This document shows, piece by piece, positions 14,505 to 28,002 of a stretch of DNA of 64,000 nucleotides (position 1 is its first letter; the number at the start of each line of letters is the position of its first letter). The DNA comes from Camelus dromedarius (Eukaryota), in contig NC_087447.1 in assembly GCF_036321535.1 (NCBI RefSeq), positions 48,982,001 through 49,046,000 on the forward strand. Reading direction: 5' to 3'. Position numbers and translations under genes: made by a program. A model generated the notes under the pieces. That model had not been told where the DNA came from. It was given only the letters and a program-made list of their open reading frames with translations, and searched no databases.

Positions 14505-16399
14505 GTAAGTAGATCACCTTTCTGATGGACAGTTGCCTCAAAATCAGCAATTAGCCCAGGTGACATGGGTCTGAAAAACATATGTTGGCGAACAATAATA
14601 GTCGTTAACTGTGCAGCTTAAGAGTAGTGAAGAATTTAGCATCAAGATGAGAGCTGGAGAAAATGGTTTACGAATGGAACAGTGAGACTTGTATGGAAAG
14701 ATTAAGAGGGGGACAGTGGTGAAAAAAGTTGAGTGAGGGAAAACCTAATATAGTATAGTACTTGTGGTAAGTTTTATAATTATGTTGTCATTTTGACGTA
14801 ATGTGTTGTTATTTGACATTTAAGTTCTGTATGTATTATTTCCTTAACTCGATTTCCTCAAAGTTTGTATTTTACTTCCCTTTACTCTTTATAGTGCCCC
14901 AAGCAGCACAGTTCTAGATACAGGGTAGGTCCTCAGTATTAGATTAGATACTCAGTTTAAACTTAACCTAATTAGACTTCTCATTGGGCCATATCTTGCT
15001 TGAATTTTTTCCCCTTACTTATTTACCAAGCAAATTACTGAAAATGGTTATAAATGGAAAATTTAACTAATATTTGGAAGCAGTTTTGGAGGATCCACTG
15101 ATTACGCTCAAATCGATGATTACAATTGAGGTTTTTTTCCTTTAGTAACTCGTATTTGATTGGACATCTTCTATTGCTTGTTGTATGTACTTAACATATC
15201 TTTAGAATCATATATTTTAAAATATTTTGTGATTCAGGCTTGTTAGTATTTCAGGTTATATTTTTAATTTGGTGGATTTAATAAAGCTTTATCGTATATA
15301 AAGATGGACAACATAGAATAGAGGAAAAAAATCTCTGAATGAGAAGTCTGCCTCTTAAACGGGTCCCAGCATTGTAATAGACTGTGTACAAACTTTGGCA
15401 AGGTTAATTTCTCTGTGTTTTTGGTTTACTCTTTGCAGTCATTTTTCCTGAACTTCAAAAATTGAGATTACTTAAGTTTTCTTAGATTGATAGTATTTGC
15501 TGACTGTCAGCATGCACGTGGGGCTCTTTGATTCTAGTAATAATAATAATTATTATCATGTAATTATTATTAAAAACAACCATTTGCATTCCAGTCTTCT
15601 AAAAGATTCAGTTTACAAACATGAAGTTCTTGTGTACTCAGTGCTCTGTTCATTGGGAACTACAGAAGGAAAAAGACTGCAGTTGGAGAGAATACAGTTC
15701 ATCTAGGAAGGCAAGAATGAAACATATGATAGTCTTATGCATATAGTATGTCTTCTGACTAATAGCCTCAAGTGCTGTATGTGGTCTCTAAAGACTGCAA
15801 ACTCTGCCTCTTCACCCCAAAGGGACTGTCCATTAGGGCCCCATTAGGACAAGCCAATCTCGACAGAGAGAGCTTACTCTTTACTATGGGCCTTTGATAG
15901 AATGAACCTGCTGTTTTTGGCCTTGCCAGATCCAAGTTCCCTCCAGGAAATGATCTCTAGTATTAATTAATAACAAGAATTGGAAATTAGTCTAATTATT
16001 TTTTCTTTTGCCACTACAATCTTTGAAATAGAAATGAATTTTATCAACCTATAATTTAATCTTAAAAGGAATCAGGAAGTACAAATTCTGATTGGCAATA
16101 GCCAGGTTTGCAAATTTTTCTATGGAAAACATATTGAATAAAACTGAATCTATGAACACTTCAAGTTTTAGATTTTTATGATTTTATGTTTTTTTCTGGT
16201 TGCTTTTATATTTTTGAGGACTTATTAAATGACTAATTTTGCTCTAAATGTGTCTTAAGAGCTTTTGGTGTTGAACAAATAACTTCATTGAGCCAAGGAA
16301 ACATTCAAATTGGGACTGAAGAGAAGCTCAGATGGTCTCAGTGGAAAGCCAACTGAAGGATTATATTTTAGAGAGTATTATGATTAGAACTGGACTGAT

Positions 16400-16950
16400 C
16401 ATTTTACCCACTTGCTCTAAATACCTCAGTGGCTCCCCATTTCCTGTGGAATTTAAATGAGAACTCTTAACTCCAACATTTAGGTCCTTAGTATTATTCT
16501 AGTTTATCTTTCCATCCTTGCTTACAACCCCCAAACTCTAGGGAACAGAGCTGTTTGCTTACCCCAAGTATCTAACCTTTGCTTTCCCTCCTGAGAGTCT
16601 TGGTCTTGCATTTCATCTCATTGAAACGCCACTGACCTTAACTGTTGAAAGGCTATTTATCTTTCCATGTCCAGTTCAAAAGCTGTCACCTTCCTGGAGC
16701 CTATAGGGATTCCTTACTTGTTTCTCCACTCCTGTCATCCATTTCTCCCCTCTCAACTTTCCTCTCCTCACTTTGTAACTTTTATAGGACTTACTGCATT
16801 CTTCCTTACCTTATGGTTATTTGTATGTTTATGTGTCGCTACTTGATGTGTAAGTTTGTTGAGTATAGGGAATGTGTCCTACCTATTTTTAAATCTCCTG
16901 TAGTACCTTGCACATCACAAGTGTTTGATACATGTGTACCAAACTGAATT
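16400..16950. mobile_element. L2 remnant
   Basis: cagtggctccccatttcc...tagtaccttgcacatcacaagtgtttgatacatgt. Confidence 0.6.
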
Positions 16951-17099
16951 CAAATAGAGGGAGGAAGGTGCTTATTCTAGAAGCATAGTTATCTGCTGTT
17001 ACTTGTTCAGAATGGAAATAAAATAGGCACCATGTTTAATTTATTATGATTTATTGTGGTACAGTTAATACTGATAATAATGTGAATTGCTGGGAAGCA

Positions 17100-17680
17100 A
17101 TTTGGTGTAACAATTATAGTCACATCAAAGATGATAAGGCTAAAAGTGAAAAATTGCTTCTCATCCCACAACCTAGAGATAACCCCTATAAACATTTTGG
17201 TAAGTATCCTTCCAGACTTCTTTTCTAAGTGTGTAGGTATAAAATATATTGTTTTTCTTTTCAGAAACTGCAACCCATTATATATACTGTTTTATAACAT
17301 TTTAAAATATAAGTTGTGGAAGTCTTTCCATGTAAATAAAGAACCCCACATCGTTATTTAGTGGCCTGCTAGTTACTCTTTACTGTAGAATTTGTTTTAA
17401 TTAATCTCCTGTTGATTTTTTGCTACCTTAGACCACCACTGTGATGAAAGTCTCTTGGCTCATTAGTTCCTTAGAATAAATTACTAGAGGTGGAATGATC
17501 AGATCAAAGGGAGTGTACCTTTTAAGACTTTCTGGTACTTCTTATTCAGTTGACCTCCAGAAAGTTTGTATATAATTATACTCCCACTAGTAGTAAAAAA
17601 GTGCTAAACTAATTTCCTCACACCCTTGCCAACTCTGTATATTATCATTCTGTTAATTTTTTTAGGCACATTTAGAAAAA
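17100..17680 (-). mobile_element. Very old L1 (L1ME-like) fragment
   Basis: aacattttggtaagtatccttccagac...actcccactagtag...ttcctcacacccttgccaac. Confidence 0.6.
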
Positions 17681-19825
17681 TATCACTTCAGAGATTTCCA
17701 TCTTAGGAATCCATAGTGCTATAGGCTTATTCTTATCCAAAGTTAAAGATGAGAGGTAAATATTTTCCTATCTTATGCTCTAGGTTTTTTGGGGTAGAAA
17801 TATAGAGGGATTGGGGTACCTTCTGTTTATATAATTATTTTTTATAAGGTAAATTTATTTTCAACAATTAAAAGAAATCTGGCATATAGCTATTATAATA
17901 CCAAAGTTTTTTTCTTAAAAGATTAGTAGTATTTAAATTGATACAAGCAAATCTATCTTCCGTGGAGCACTTACTACTTGTTAGCTAATGTACTATGCGC
18001 TTTTAACGGTTTATCACAATCTGTGAGTAGACAAAGCATTCTTAATTTTTCAGGTGAGAAACTGAGGCTCAGAAAGATAGTGACAATGATAGCTAAGTAA
18101 TAGAGCTGGGATTTAATTATTCTCTTACTTGGTACTGAAATGATTATGAAGACAGACCTAAGTAAACAGAAACTGCATTATTTATCCCCTGTTGAGTCTA
18201 CTGATGTCAAAGCTTTTCCTTTTTCCCAGAGTTGAAAATTTGATTATGCTATTTATGCTATTAAAGTTTCTCCAGTGAATTTTTTGTACAACAGGGTTCT
18301 TTAAGGAGTGGTACCCTAATAAATTGAAAAGCTCTATAAATTCTAATTCTTCAACTCTTTCTCAGAGGTCATTAGGGAACTTAGCCTATTGTATGCACGT
18401 GCCTCTCAGCCTATAGAGTAACAAAGCATTTAAGGAATACAAGGTACTCTGACCTATAGGATGCCTTGCATGCCCCATCTACAACTCTAACTTTGATAGT
18501 CATTTAATCATTAGATAACTGGTTAATCATTAGATGATTAAACATTTCTTTGTTTACTTACTATATATAATGATGTTAGAAGTTTTAAAGAAAAGGTCGT
18601 CATTTACTCTTAGAGAGTTTGTCTAAAGTTCCTAAATAAGAAGCTGCAGTTCAGTGTGATTAGTTGCTCCCCCTAAAAAGACGACTCCTAATGAATCATG
18701 AGCAAATCCTCATGACACGTTGTATGCAAAAGGCACATGTAAAAGAAACTTCAGATGTAAATTTAAGGACTCAAAAGGAGACTCTAAAATAAAAGGAAGG
18801 AAATGAGTGAGTGTCATTAAGATGTAAAAAGCTGATGTAGCAGTATTTGGAAGCCCTTGCAGAGAAAGTGACATTTAAGATGCCTCTGAAAGGCCAATTG
18901 GTATTTTATAGGCAGAGAATGTAGAAGGGGAATCTTAGGCAAAGGGAATAATAGCATGTCCAAAAGAATAGGAATTTTGAAAGACTATGATGGTACATGT
19001 GGAGAAAGTAGTTTGATTGTACTAGAGCTCAAGGAGTTACCTGTGTGGGAACAGGAGGGAGAAAAACTATGAAAGAGAGTCAGATCTATTTTGTGAAGGT
19101 TATTGGATCATGCTGTGGGGTTGAGACCTTGTGACGTCACCAACAGTTATGCAGAGGAGTGACAGGATTCTGTCTGTGTGCCTGATACTGTGGAAAGGAT
19201 TAGAGGGAAGAAAGACTGGAGAGTGCAAGGCTTGTGAGTAGATTATTGCAATAGTCCAGGCAGAAGATGACGAGAATCCAAGGAAAGACAATGACAGTGA
19301 TTATACATGGGAAGAGTTAGATCTGAGAGACATTTTAGGAGTAGAAGGGAGTACAGTGGAAATAACATGGAGGCAGTCTGGGGACAGACACTCTGGATCT
19401 AAGTACCAGCATAGCTACTTATTAACTCTACAATCCTAGGCAATTGAACTATTCTGAGCCTCAGTTTGCCATCTATAAAAGACAGGTAATAACCCCTTCT
19501 TAGTGGGGCTGGTTAAAGAGTAAATGAAATAAAGTATTTAGAGGTGTTGGGGTACTGAAAACTTCTATACAATGTTGTAACTTTGAAGAAAAGAAAGTTG
19601 TGGATTGAAGCTTCTAACTGGGTTGGTAGTGGGACTTAGAGAAGAAAAATAAGTGAGTTTGATTTTGGAAATACTGTTAGAGATGCATTTGGGATCTCTA
19701 GGAGGCAGTTGGAAACGTAGATTGGAACTCAGAGAGAAGTGACATAGACTAGATTTGAACAATAGCTATGGGAGATGCCATGGGAACCCCAAATGGACAG
19801 TGTTGTCTCCCTTGTCTCCTGACAG

Positions 19826-19944
19826 TGTCCTGCACGTCTCTCAGATTCAGAGAATGAAGAACCTTCCCGAGTCAAGATGATACAGACACACCGCTCGGCA
19901 TTTGTTTCCAAGAACAATTCCTACTCCTTAGCTTTCCTGGCAGG
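19826..19944 (+). CDS. RNF169: RNF169 internal coding exon (exon 4 equivalent): CPARLSDSENEEPSR...NNSYSLAFLAG
   Basis: ctcctgacag| acceptor and GG|gtaaga donor. 119 nt, phase 0-2, in frame with its neighbours. Confidence 0.96.
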
Positions 19945-20355
19945 GTAAGAGGCTGATACTGAATTCAGTCAGGGTTCTTTCATTTTCGGGTATAAGACAA
20001 AAGGGACTGGGGGTGCAAAAGTACTTGTTGTAGCTACTTTGGGGAAGGTGGGAGTGGGGAAAAGAGGGGGAACTGGTTTTCAAATATGGATTAGGAACAA
20101 GGGGCTAATCTGAATTTTTGAAGAAAAGTAAGTTTGACCCATTTGTGGTATCCTCAGGATAAGACTATGCTAATTGCTCTGCTGCGAAGATAAGAAAATA
20201 CTAAGTTTCAATTCCAGATGATATTTAGGAAATCAGTATGGAGTTGTTAGTACTGACAATGAGATGAGTCATACTGATATGTTAAAAGAATTAGTACGGT
20301 GGTGGTTGCATAGCAATGTGACTGTAAACTTAAAATGGTTAAAATGGTAACTTTT

Positions 20356-21654
20356 TTTTTTCTTTTTAAGTTTTATTAGGTAGAATTATTATAGTTTGCA
20401 CATACACATTATATTGCATGTAAATACATATATACAATATACTGCATAATTTTTTTAGTTTACATATATGTACTGATTATTGTTTCTAAGAACAGATTAG
20501 AGCTTTATCTTTCTAAACGTACATAGTTATCAAAGGAATAAAGCCAACTACAAAATCAGAATCAACAGAATGCAGTAATCCAATCATAAAGGACAGTCAG
20601 TGTGCTTACAAATTTTCAAGAGATCAATCATCTTAGTTATAAATAATGAGTAGTTCATTTATGTCCTTATTATTATTTTTTAGATTCCTCATATAAATGG
20701 TGTCATATGGCATTTTTCTTTCTCTTTCCGGTCCACTTCACTTAGAATGACAATCTTCAGGTCCATCCATATTGCTGCAAATGGCGTTATTTTATTCTTT
20801 TTTATGGCTGATTGTATTGTACTGTTCCATTGTATATATGTACCACATCTTTATCCAGTCATCTGTTGATGGACATTTGGGTTGTTTCCAAGTCTTGGCT
20901 ATCATAAACAGTGTCTTTTAGAATTTTATTTTTCTCTGGATATATGCCCAGGAGTGGGATTGCTGGATCACATGGTAAGTCTATTTTCAGTTTTTTAAGG
21001 AACCTCCATACTGTCCTCCATAGTGGCTGCACCAGTTCACACTCCCACCAACAGTGTAGGAGGGTTCCCTTTTCTCCACACCCTCTCCAGCATCTATTGT
21101 TTGTAGACTTTTCAATGATGGCCATTCTGGCTGGTGTGAGGTGATAATCTCATTGTAGTTTTGATCTGCATTTCTCTAACAGTGATGCTAAGCATTTTTT
21201 CATGAGCCTTCTGGCCATTTGTATGTCTCTTCACTGGAGAATTGCTTGTTTAGGTCTTCTGCCCATTTTTGGATTGGGTTTCTTGTTTCTTTGATACTAA
21301 GGTGTACGAGCTGTTTGTATATTTTGGAAATTAGTCCCTTGTCAGTCACATCATTTGCAAGTATTTTCTCCCATTCTGTAGGCTATCTTTTCGTTTTGTT
21401 GATGGTATCCTTAGCTGTGCAAAAGCTTTTAAGTTTAACTAAATCCCATTTGTTTATTTTTGCTTTTAATTCCAGTACTCCAGGAGCTGGTTAAAAAAAC
21501 ATTGCTGTAATATATGTCCACGAGTGTTCTGCCTATGTTTTCCTCTAGGAGTTTTATAGTATCTGGTCTTACATTTAGGTCTTTACTCCATTTTGAGTTT
21601 ATTTTTGTACATGGTGTTAGAGAATGTTCTAATTTCAGTCTTTTACAGGTAGCT
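20356..21654 (-). mobile_element. 5'-truncated LINE-1 with a foreign 3' segment, inserted in an older L1 tail
   Basis: TSD gttaaaatggtaactttt at 20338-20355 and 21655-21672. ORF2 peptides 20859..21125 and 21435..21695. Non-L1 sequence at ~20363-20650. Confidence 0.9.
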
Positions 21655-23368
21655 GTTAAAATGGTAACTTTTATGTTATATATAGTTTGCCACAATTAAA
21701 AAAATTAGCATTGTTAATAGTTTTGGGTTATTTCAGATGCATTTTTTCTTATCGGTTAAGCAACAGCAAATATTAGGTTTTCTCTGCAAGTTCTTTTCCT
21801 AAAGAGAGTTCATATGTATAAGCTTTAAAATTTTTTACACCTGTATTTAAATGAAATTAATCTGCCTTTATTTTACTTCTCTACTTTATAAACTTTTCTT
21901 TCTTAAGCCCAAAAGCATGGAGGTAAGAGTGAGTAGACCTGATCGGATGGTTATTTTGGAAGGAATCCATCGATAAATTGTGGCTGTGAGTCTTGGCAGC
22001 AGCTATTTTCACTTGAAAAATTCAAAGCAAAAAGAGCTTTGAACACTATTACAATGTTCTGTAGTCCTTTGAAAATCAAACCTCTTCCAGATGGGCAGAC
22101 AGAGATATAGTTAGCCCAAGGTCATTTCTAAGTTAATCATAAAATATACATTAATTGAAAAGAATTAACTTGAACCATAAGATATATAATTATAAAGTTA
22201 AACTTTTAAATATCTGAAAAACTGGTTTGTTTAAATTTATTTATTTTCATTCCTCATCCCCTCTTCACCACTAGAATCTGGTTGCAAATTATTCTAAAGC
22301 TCAGTCTGGAAAAACTTTCTCTGTTGAGCTAGTGTCTTTTCTAAGAGCTACGTGTCCATTTGTGTTTTTCATCTTTGCTTTGGCTGTCAGGAAGTTTAGG
22401 ATTAGGACAGAGTTTTTAATTCAGTCATCATGGTTTTTCAACATGGCCTATAATTTTAAAAGCTAGTTTTTGGTATACTCTTCTCATATTTATTACTTAC
22501 TTCTTTATTCTCTGTTAAGGCTCAGTCTTTGTATTTTTACTGTAAGTCAACTTAAAAGTCTTCTTAGGAATAGGGTATAACCATAAACATAAATATAATC
22601 AAACTATCCTCTTTTCAGTTTAAAAGATGAAAAAAAGAAAGCGATGGAGTAATTCCAGTACTGCTATTCAGTACAAAATTGTATCTTAAGTAAATGGTGC
22701 CTAGTGAGATTTCTGGCACATGATAAGCCTTCAGTGAGTATTGCTGCTGCTACTTTGTTGTTACCTTGTCTTAAAATTCTTAGAGCTGAAGAGGACCTTA
22801 AATATTGTCTTACCTAATTCCTTTGTTTTATGGATGAGAAGATGAAAGCCCAGAGAGAGAGAATGTGGCTTGCCAAATCTTAGACTGCTAGAATAGTAGG
22901 AAGCTGAGTTAAAACTGACGTTTCTTGGCTCTTTCTACTACACTCTCTTGTCCCCTATGACCTTCTTATAGAGCCCTATGCTGCCTCTGCCCATTTTCCC
23001 ACTAGACTTTAAATCCTTTACAAGCAGGGGCAAAATCTTGTTCACCACTGTATTCACAGTACTTAGTACTGTGCCAGGCACATAATAGAGGCTCAGTAAT
23101 ACTTGTGGAATGTTTGAATGAGATAGATCTTGTGTCCATGGGTAACTTAAAGGGGGGCTTTGTCAGAAATGGTTGCCAAACTTACAGCCTAGGGTCTCAA
23201 GGAATGGAGGACTCTAGGAGCTGTGGAGGAAACAGATTGGCTAGCAGCTGTGTTTTAGACTAGATTCCATAGGATTAGTGTGGGATTTAGGGGGGTGTCT
23301 AGTGACCACATTGATAAAGCTTTTATACTATAAAGTTGCTAGTTTTTTAATGCATTAGGAATACCTTA

Positions 23369-26300
23369 CTTACTTATTTTTTTTACTTTTTTTATTGAAT
23401 AATAGTCACTTTACAATGTTGTGTCAAATTCTAGTGTAGAGCACAATTTTTCAGTTATACATGAACACATACATATTCATTGTCACATTTTTTTTCTGCT
23501 ATGAGTTACCACAAGATCTTGTATATATTTCCCTGTGCTATACAGTATAATCTTGTTTATCATCATTCTGCATTTTAAAATCCCAGTCTGTCCCTTCCCA
23601 CCCCCAACCATAAGTTTGTATTCTATGTCTGTGAGTCTGTTTCTGTTTTGTACTTTTTTTTTTTTTTTTTTTAGATTCCACATACGAGTGATCTCATATG
23701 GTATTTTTCTTTCTTTCTGGCTTACCTCACTTAGAATGACATTCTCCAGGAACATCCATGTTGCTACAAATGGCGTTATGTTGTTGGTTTTTGTGGCTGA
23801 ATAGTATTCCATCATATAAATATACCACAGCTTCTTTATTCAGTCATCTGTTGATGGACATTTAGGCTGTTTCCATGTCTTGGCTATTGTAAATAGTGCT
23901 GCTATGAACATTGGGGTGCAGGTGTCATTTTGAAGTAGGGTTCCTTCTGGATATATGCCCAGGAGTGGGACTGCTGGATCATATGGTAAGTATTTTTAGT
24001 CTTTTGAGGAATCTCCATACTGTTTTCCACAGTGGCTTTCCTTGCTTCCCTCTCCCACTCTTAATGATTTAGTTGCCTTCTTTTACAATTTTGTGTTTAT
24101 TCTATTTGTAATTCATGGCAGTTACCTCCTTTCCAGTTATGAGTTTCTCATTTTTGTAGCATCCTCCTTCTTTTCTGTTTAGAGTAGACCTGTCAATATT
24201 TCTTTTAGCATGGGTTTAGTGTTGGTGAACTCTTTTAGTTTTTGCTTGTCTGTGAAGTTCTTTCTCTCTCCTTCTATTCTAAAGGATAGTCTTGGTGGAT
24301 AGAGTATCCTAGGCTGCACCTTTTTTTCATTCAGGACTTTGAATATATCTTGCCACTCCCTTCTGGCCTGTAGTGTTTGTATAGAGAAATCAGCTGAGAG
24401 CTTTATAGGGGCTCCCTTGTAACTCACTCTTTGTTTTTCTCTTGGTGCCTTTAGGATCCTTTCTTTATCCTTGACTCTGGCCATCTTGATTATGATGTGT
24501 CTTGGTGGGGGTCTGTTTGGGACCCTCTGGCCTTCCTATACTTGGATATCTGATTCCTTCTTTAGGTTTGGGAAGTTTTCAGTCATGAGTTCTTCAAATA
24601 CCTTTTCAATCCCCTTTGTTCTTTCTTCCCCTTCTGGAACCCCTATTATACGTAGATTGGCACGCTTTATATTATCCCATAGGTCCCTTATATTGTTTTC
24701 ATTGTTTTTTATTTGTTTTTCTCTCAGCTGTTCTGATTGGGTGCTTTCTGTTGTCCTGTCTTCTAGGTCACTTATTCATTCCTCTGCATTTTCTAGCCTG
24801 CTTTGTACAGCCTTTAGGTCAGCTCTCATCTCAGCAAATGAGTTTACTAATTCTACTTGGTTCTTTATAGCTTCTATTTCATTTTTGACGTATTTTATAT
24901 CTCTAAACACTATCTCTTTTAGTTCCTTCAGTACTTTGATCACTCCTCTTTTGAAATCTTGATCTAGTAGGCCATCAATGTCTATTTCCTTGATCATGCT
25001 TTCAGGGGATTTCTCTTGATCTTTTAATTGGGAGTGGTTCCTCTGCTTCTTCATATTGCTCATATCTCTCTGGCACTGTGGCTTAAGGAGTATCAGTTAT
25101 CTAGTTCTGGAGATGGTATGCTCTTAATGATTTTATTGAGAGGTCTTTGTGTCTTCACCCTGTTTTGTGAACTCAGCTTGCTGTTTCCAGAGGCCCTCTG
25201 TTGGCACCCTTGTCTGTGCTGCTCCCAGTGGCTGTTGGCTAGCAGATCGTGCCCCCTCCCAGCACTGGGTCAGGTGCTGAGCTCTTTCCTGGTGGGGGGG
25301 CGGGTCACTCCCCCTCCCGATGCCACAGTCAGATGCGCTAGGGCGAGGCAAGTGGTTCAGTCGCGCCCCCTCCCAGCACCGTGGTCAGGTGCTGTGTTCC
25401 TGCCAGGAAGGCAGTTGGCCACCTGCCCTCTCCCGGCACTGGTCACTCTGCTGCTCTGTGCAGCTTCCCACTCCGCCTTGGGTCAGTGCTCCAAAGGTGG
25501 GCTCAGGGAAGACCGTGGAATGGTCCTGCCCCTGCTGTGTGCCAAATCTCAGCTCCTTGTTTGTCTCGGCAGCGTGAATTCTCTGAGGTGCCAGGGCAGA
25601 AAGATCCTATCTGCCTGGGCTGTAAGCAAGTCTCAGTCCTGCCTAGGAGGTTGCGGAGCCCCCTGGTTCGGATTCAGGTCTCAGCCCCGCCTGCGCCCAG
25701 GTGCTGTGCACAGGAGGAGATGGCGGTGGTGGCTGTACCCTGCCTCTCTTCTCACCAGAAGTGCCAGTAATTGTGGTGCGGGTCTCAGGAGACAAAGGCT
25801 ATGGCGCTCCTGTCCCCAGGGCACACTAGCCTTGTTGCTTTGCTTTTTTCGCAATTTATGGGGGACCAAGGTTGTTCTGCTCCGTATCCTGTCCCAGCTA
25901 CGGCACGCAGCACCCTGCAGTCCCCCAGGGCTGCCTCAGTGCAGCCGCCCCAGTCCTCCACCCAGCTCGGGTGGCCTGTCCCGGCCCCAGCTGCCGGCTT
26001 GCATCTCGGGCTGGGTGTCGCGGGGACCCTCCGTGCCCGTTTAACTCAGTTCTGTTGGTCAAGGGGTGCTCGGGGCAGATATGAGCCTCGGAGGCTCCCC
26101 CTGTCCCCTCCACTGGATAGGGGAGACCCAGCGAACAAGCGCCAGTCCTCCTTTGCCACTCCCTCCCCGCGGGACTGGTCCCGCACTGTTTTGCTTTTTC
26201 TTTCTTTTTTCCTTTTCTCCTACCAGATTTTTGGCGTCTTTGTCTTTCGAAGAGGGCACTGTTCTGTCGGAGTTCAGCAGGTGCTCTGGTTGGCTGAGTA

Positions 26301-26381
26301 GGTCCGTAGATGTGAGTTTTGGTGTATTTGTGGGAGAGGGTGAGCTACAAGCGTCCTTCTACTCTGCCATCTTGCTTCTCC
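23369..26381 (-). mobile_element. Internally deleted LINE-1 (copy C): complete GC-rich 5'UTR, ORF1, last part of ORF2, 3'UTR
   Basis: 5' end ggagaagcaagatggc (YY1-type motif). ORF1 peptides 24776..25063 and 24179..24484. Junction at ~24036. TSD aggaatacctta at 23357-23368 and 26382-26393. Confidence 0.93.
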
Positions 26382-27200
26382 AGGAATACCTTATGATCTT
26401 TTCTAAAAATTCTATAAGAGAAAAATCTGTGTTCTACTGAGTAATAATTAAGCCTTAATTAAACAGAAATTAGCTACATTATTTTGTTTTCTTATGTCCA
26501 GATCCTTTAAGCCTGAGTCTGTGGTTCAGAGTGGGATGCAGCAAAAGAGATCTGAAGCATCTGTGCTTATTAAAAGGTGTGTGTAAGGGGAGAGAGAGAG
26601 AGAGAGACAGAGACTGACTGTAGACTCGGCAATATTAACTGTGTTCCCAGTCAGTGTCGGAGTGAATTAAAATACACAGACTTGTTCCTCTTTTTTAAAA
26701 TGAACAAATGGAAATACAGATGCTTTCAGTTAACAGATATCAGACACATAAATGATATGACACTGGAAGACTAGTTCTAGAATTGATGAAAGGAGGCAAG
26801 CCAGAGAGGTGAGGGTAGAGAAGCTAGCCTAGGGAGGTTTTTAGGAAAGTAGCAGGTGAGCTTGAATAAAATCAGTTGACCTCTTCCTGTCTCATTTATG
26901 TAAAATGCTGGTTGTTATGCCTGACCTATTGCTGGCCAGGGGATTTCACTGAATGATTTCTTAAGATTCTTTTAATCTCAAAAATCGAAGTGTCTAGAAG
27001 TGGCTTAGATTAGAGTTTTAAAGGGTGGAGGAAATGTGGCCAGGGCATGGAAAGGAACAGGTAAGGGCAGTTAGAGAATTCTATAAAAATGTAAGGTGTA
27101 GACTTTGCAAGTTGTGTGTGGGGAATAGTCCAAACAGTAAGGAGACTATGAGAGAAAAAGAAGGTAGTGATTTAAAAGAAACCACAAAGCTTGATGATGG

Positions 27201-27273
27201 CGGAAGGGAGGGGAGGGGGGAGGGGAGGGGAGGAGAGGGGAGGAGAGAGAGAGAGAGAGAGTTGAGGGGAGGG
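27201..27273 (+). repeat. G-rich/GA low-complexity tract (potential G-quadruplex)
   Basis: gggaggggagggggaggggagggg followed by (GA)n. Confidence 0.75.
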
Positions 27274-28002
27274 ATAAAAGAACTGAAACAAATCAAGTGG
27301 ATGAGCTGGTTAAGAGGACAAATCTTGTTAAAAGTATGGAGTACTGGAAAAGGAAGATAACTTAAAAAGAAATGATGTGGAACTTAAGGGATGTGGCAGG
27401 TTTTAGAGGTGTCAGGAATCTCTCTGCCATACTACAATAGAAATATCTTTGTAGTTTCCAGAGGGGGCTGCCAGGATGGTGAGGGGTGGCATTAGGGAAC
27501 TAGCTTTTTCCTAGGGCTTCCTGCCACGTTGAGTACTTTATGTACCTCATTTCCTTTAGTTCTCACATTAATCCTATAAAGTTTATAACATTATTCTCAT
27601 TTTATAGCTAAGGAGAATGCAGTTCGAAGAGGTTAAATAACTTGCCCCAGAACTTCTCACCTCAGTAGAGTGACAGAGATGGAATTGGAACTCAGGTCTC
27701 TCTTGACTCCTAACCTATATTCTTTCTATCAAGCCACTGTCAGAACCCTATGACAGAATGCTCTTCACTTAAATGTTTGTCTTGAAATGATCAACCTTTG
27801 CAACATAAAGCTTCCTTCCTTCTGTTTGTTTAATAATTTATACCCTGCCTTGTTCTAAAAAATACTTAAGTTTGCTACAGAGGTGAGTAAAAAGCTGTCC
27901 TATTATCCTGTTGTTTGAGGAGACTCAAATCCTTTTGCATTATGCTAGGCTTTTTGGAATGCATCTGTGTAAAGTGTTCCTATCCATCAGCAAATACTGT
28001 AT

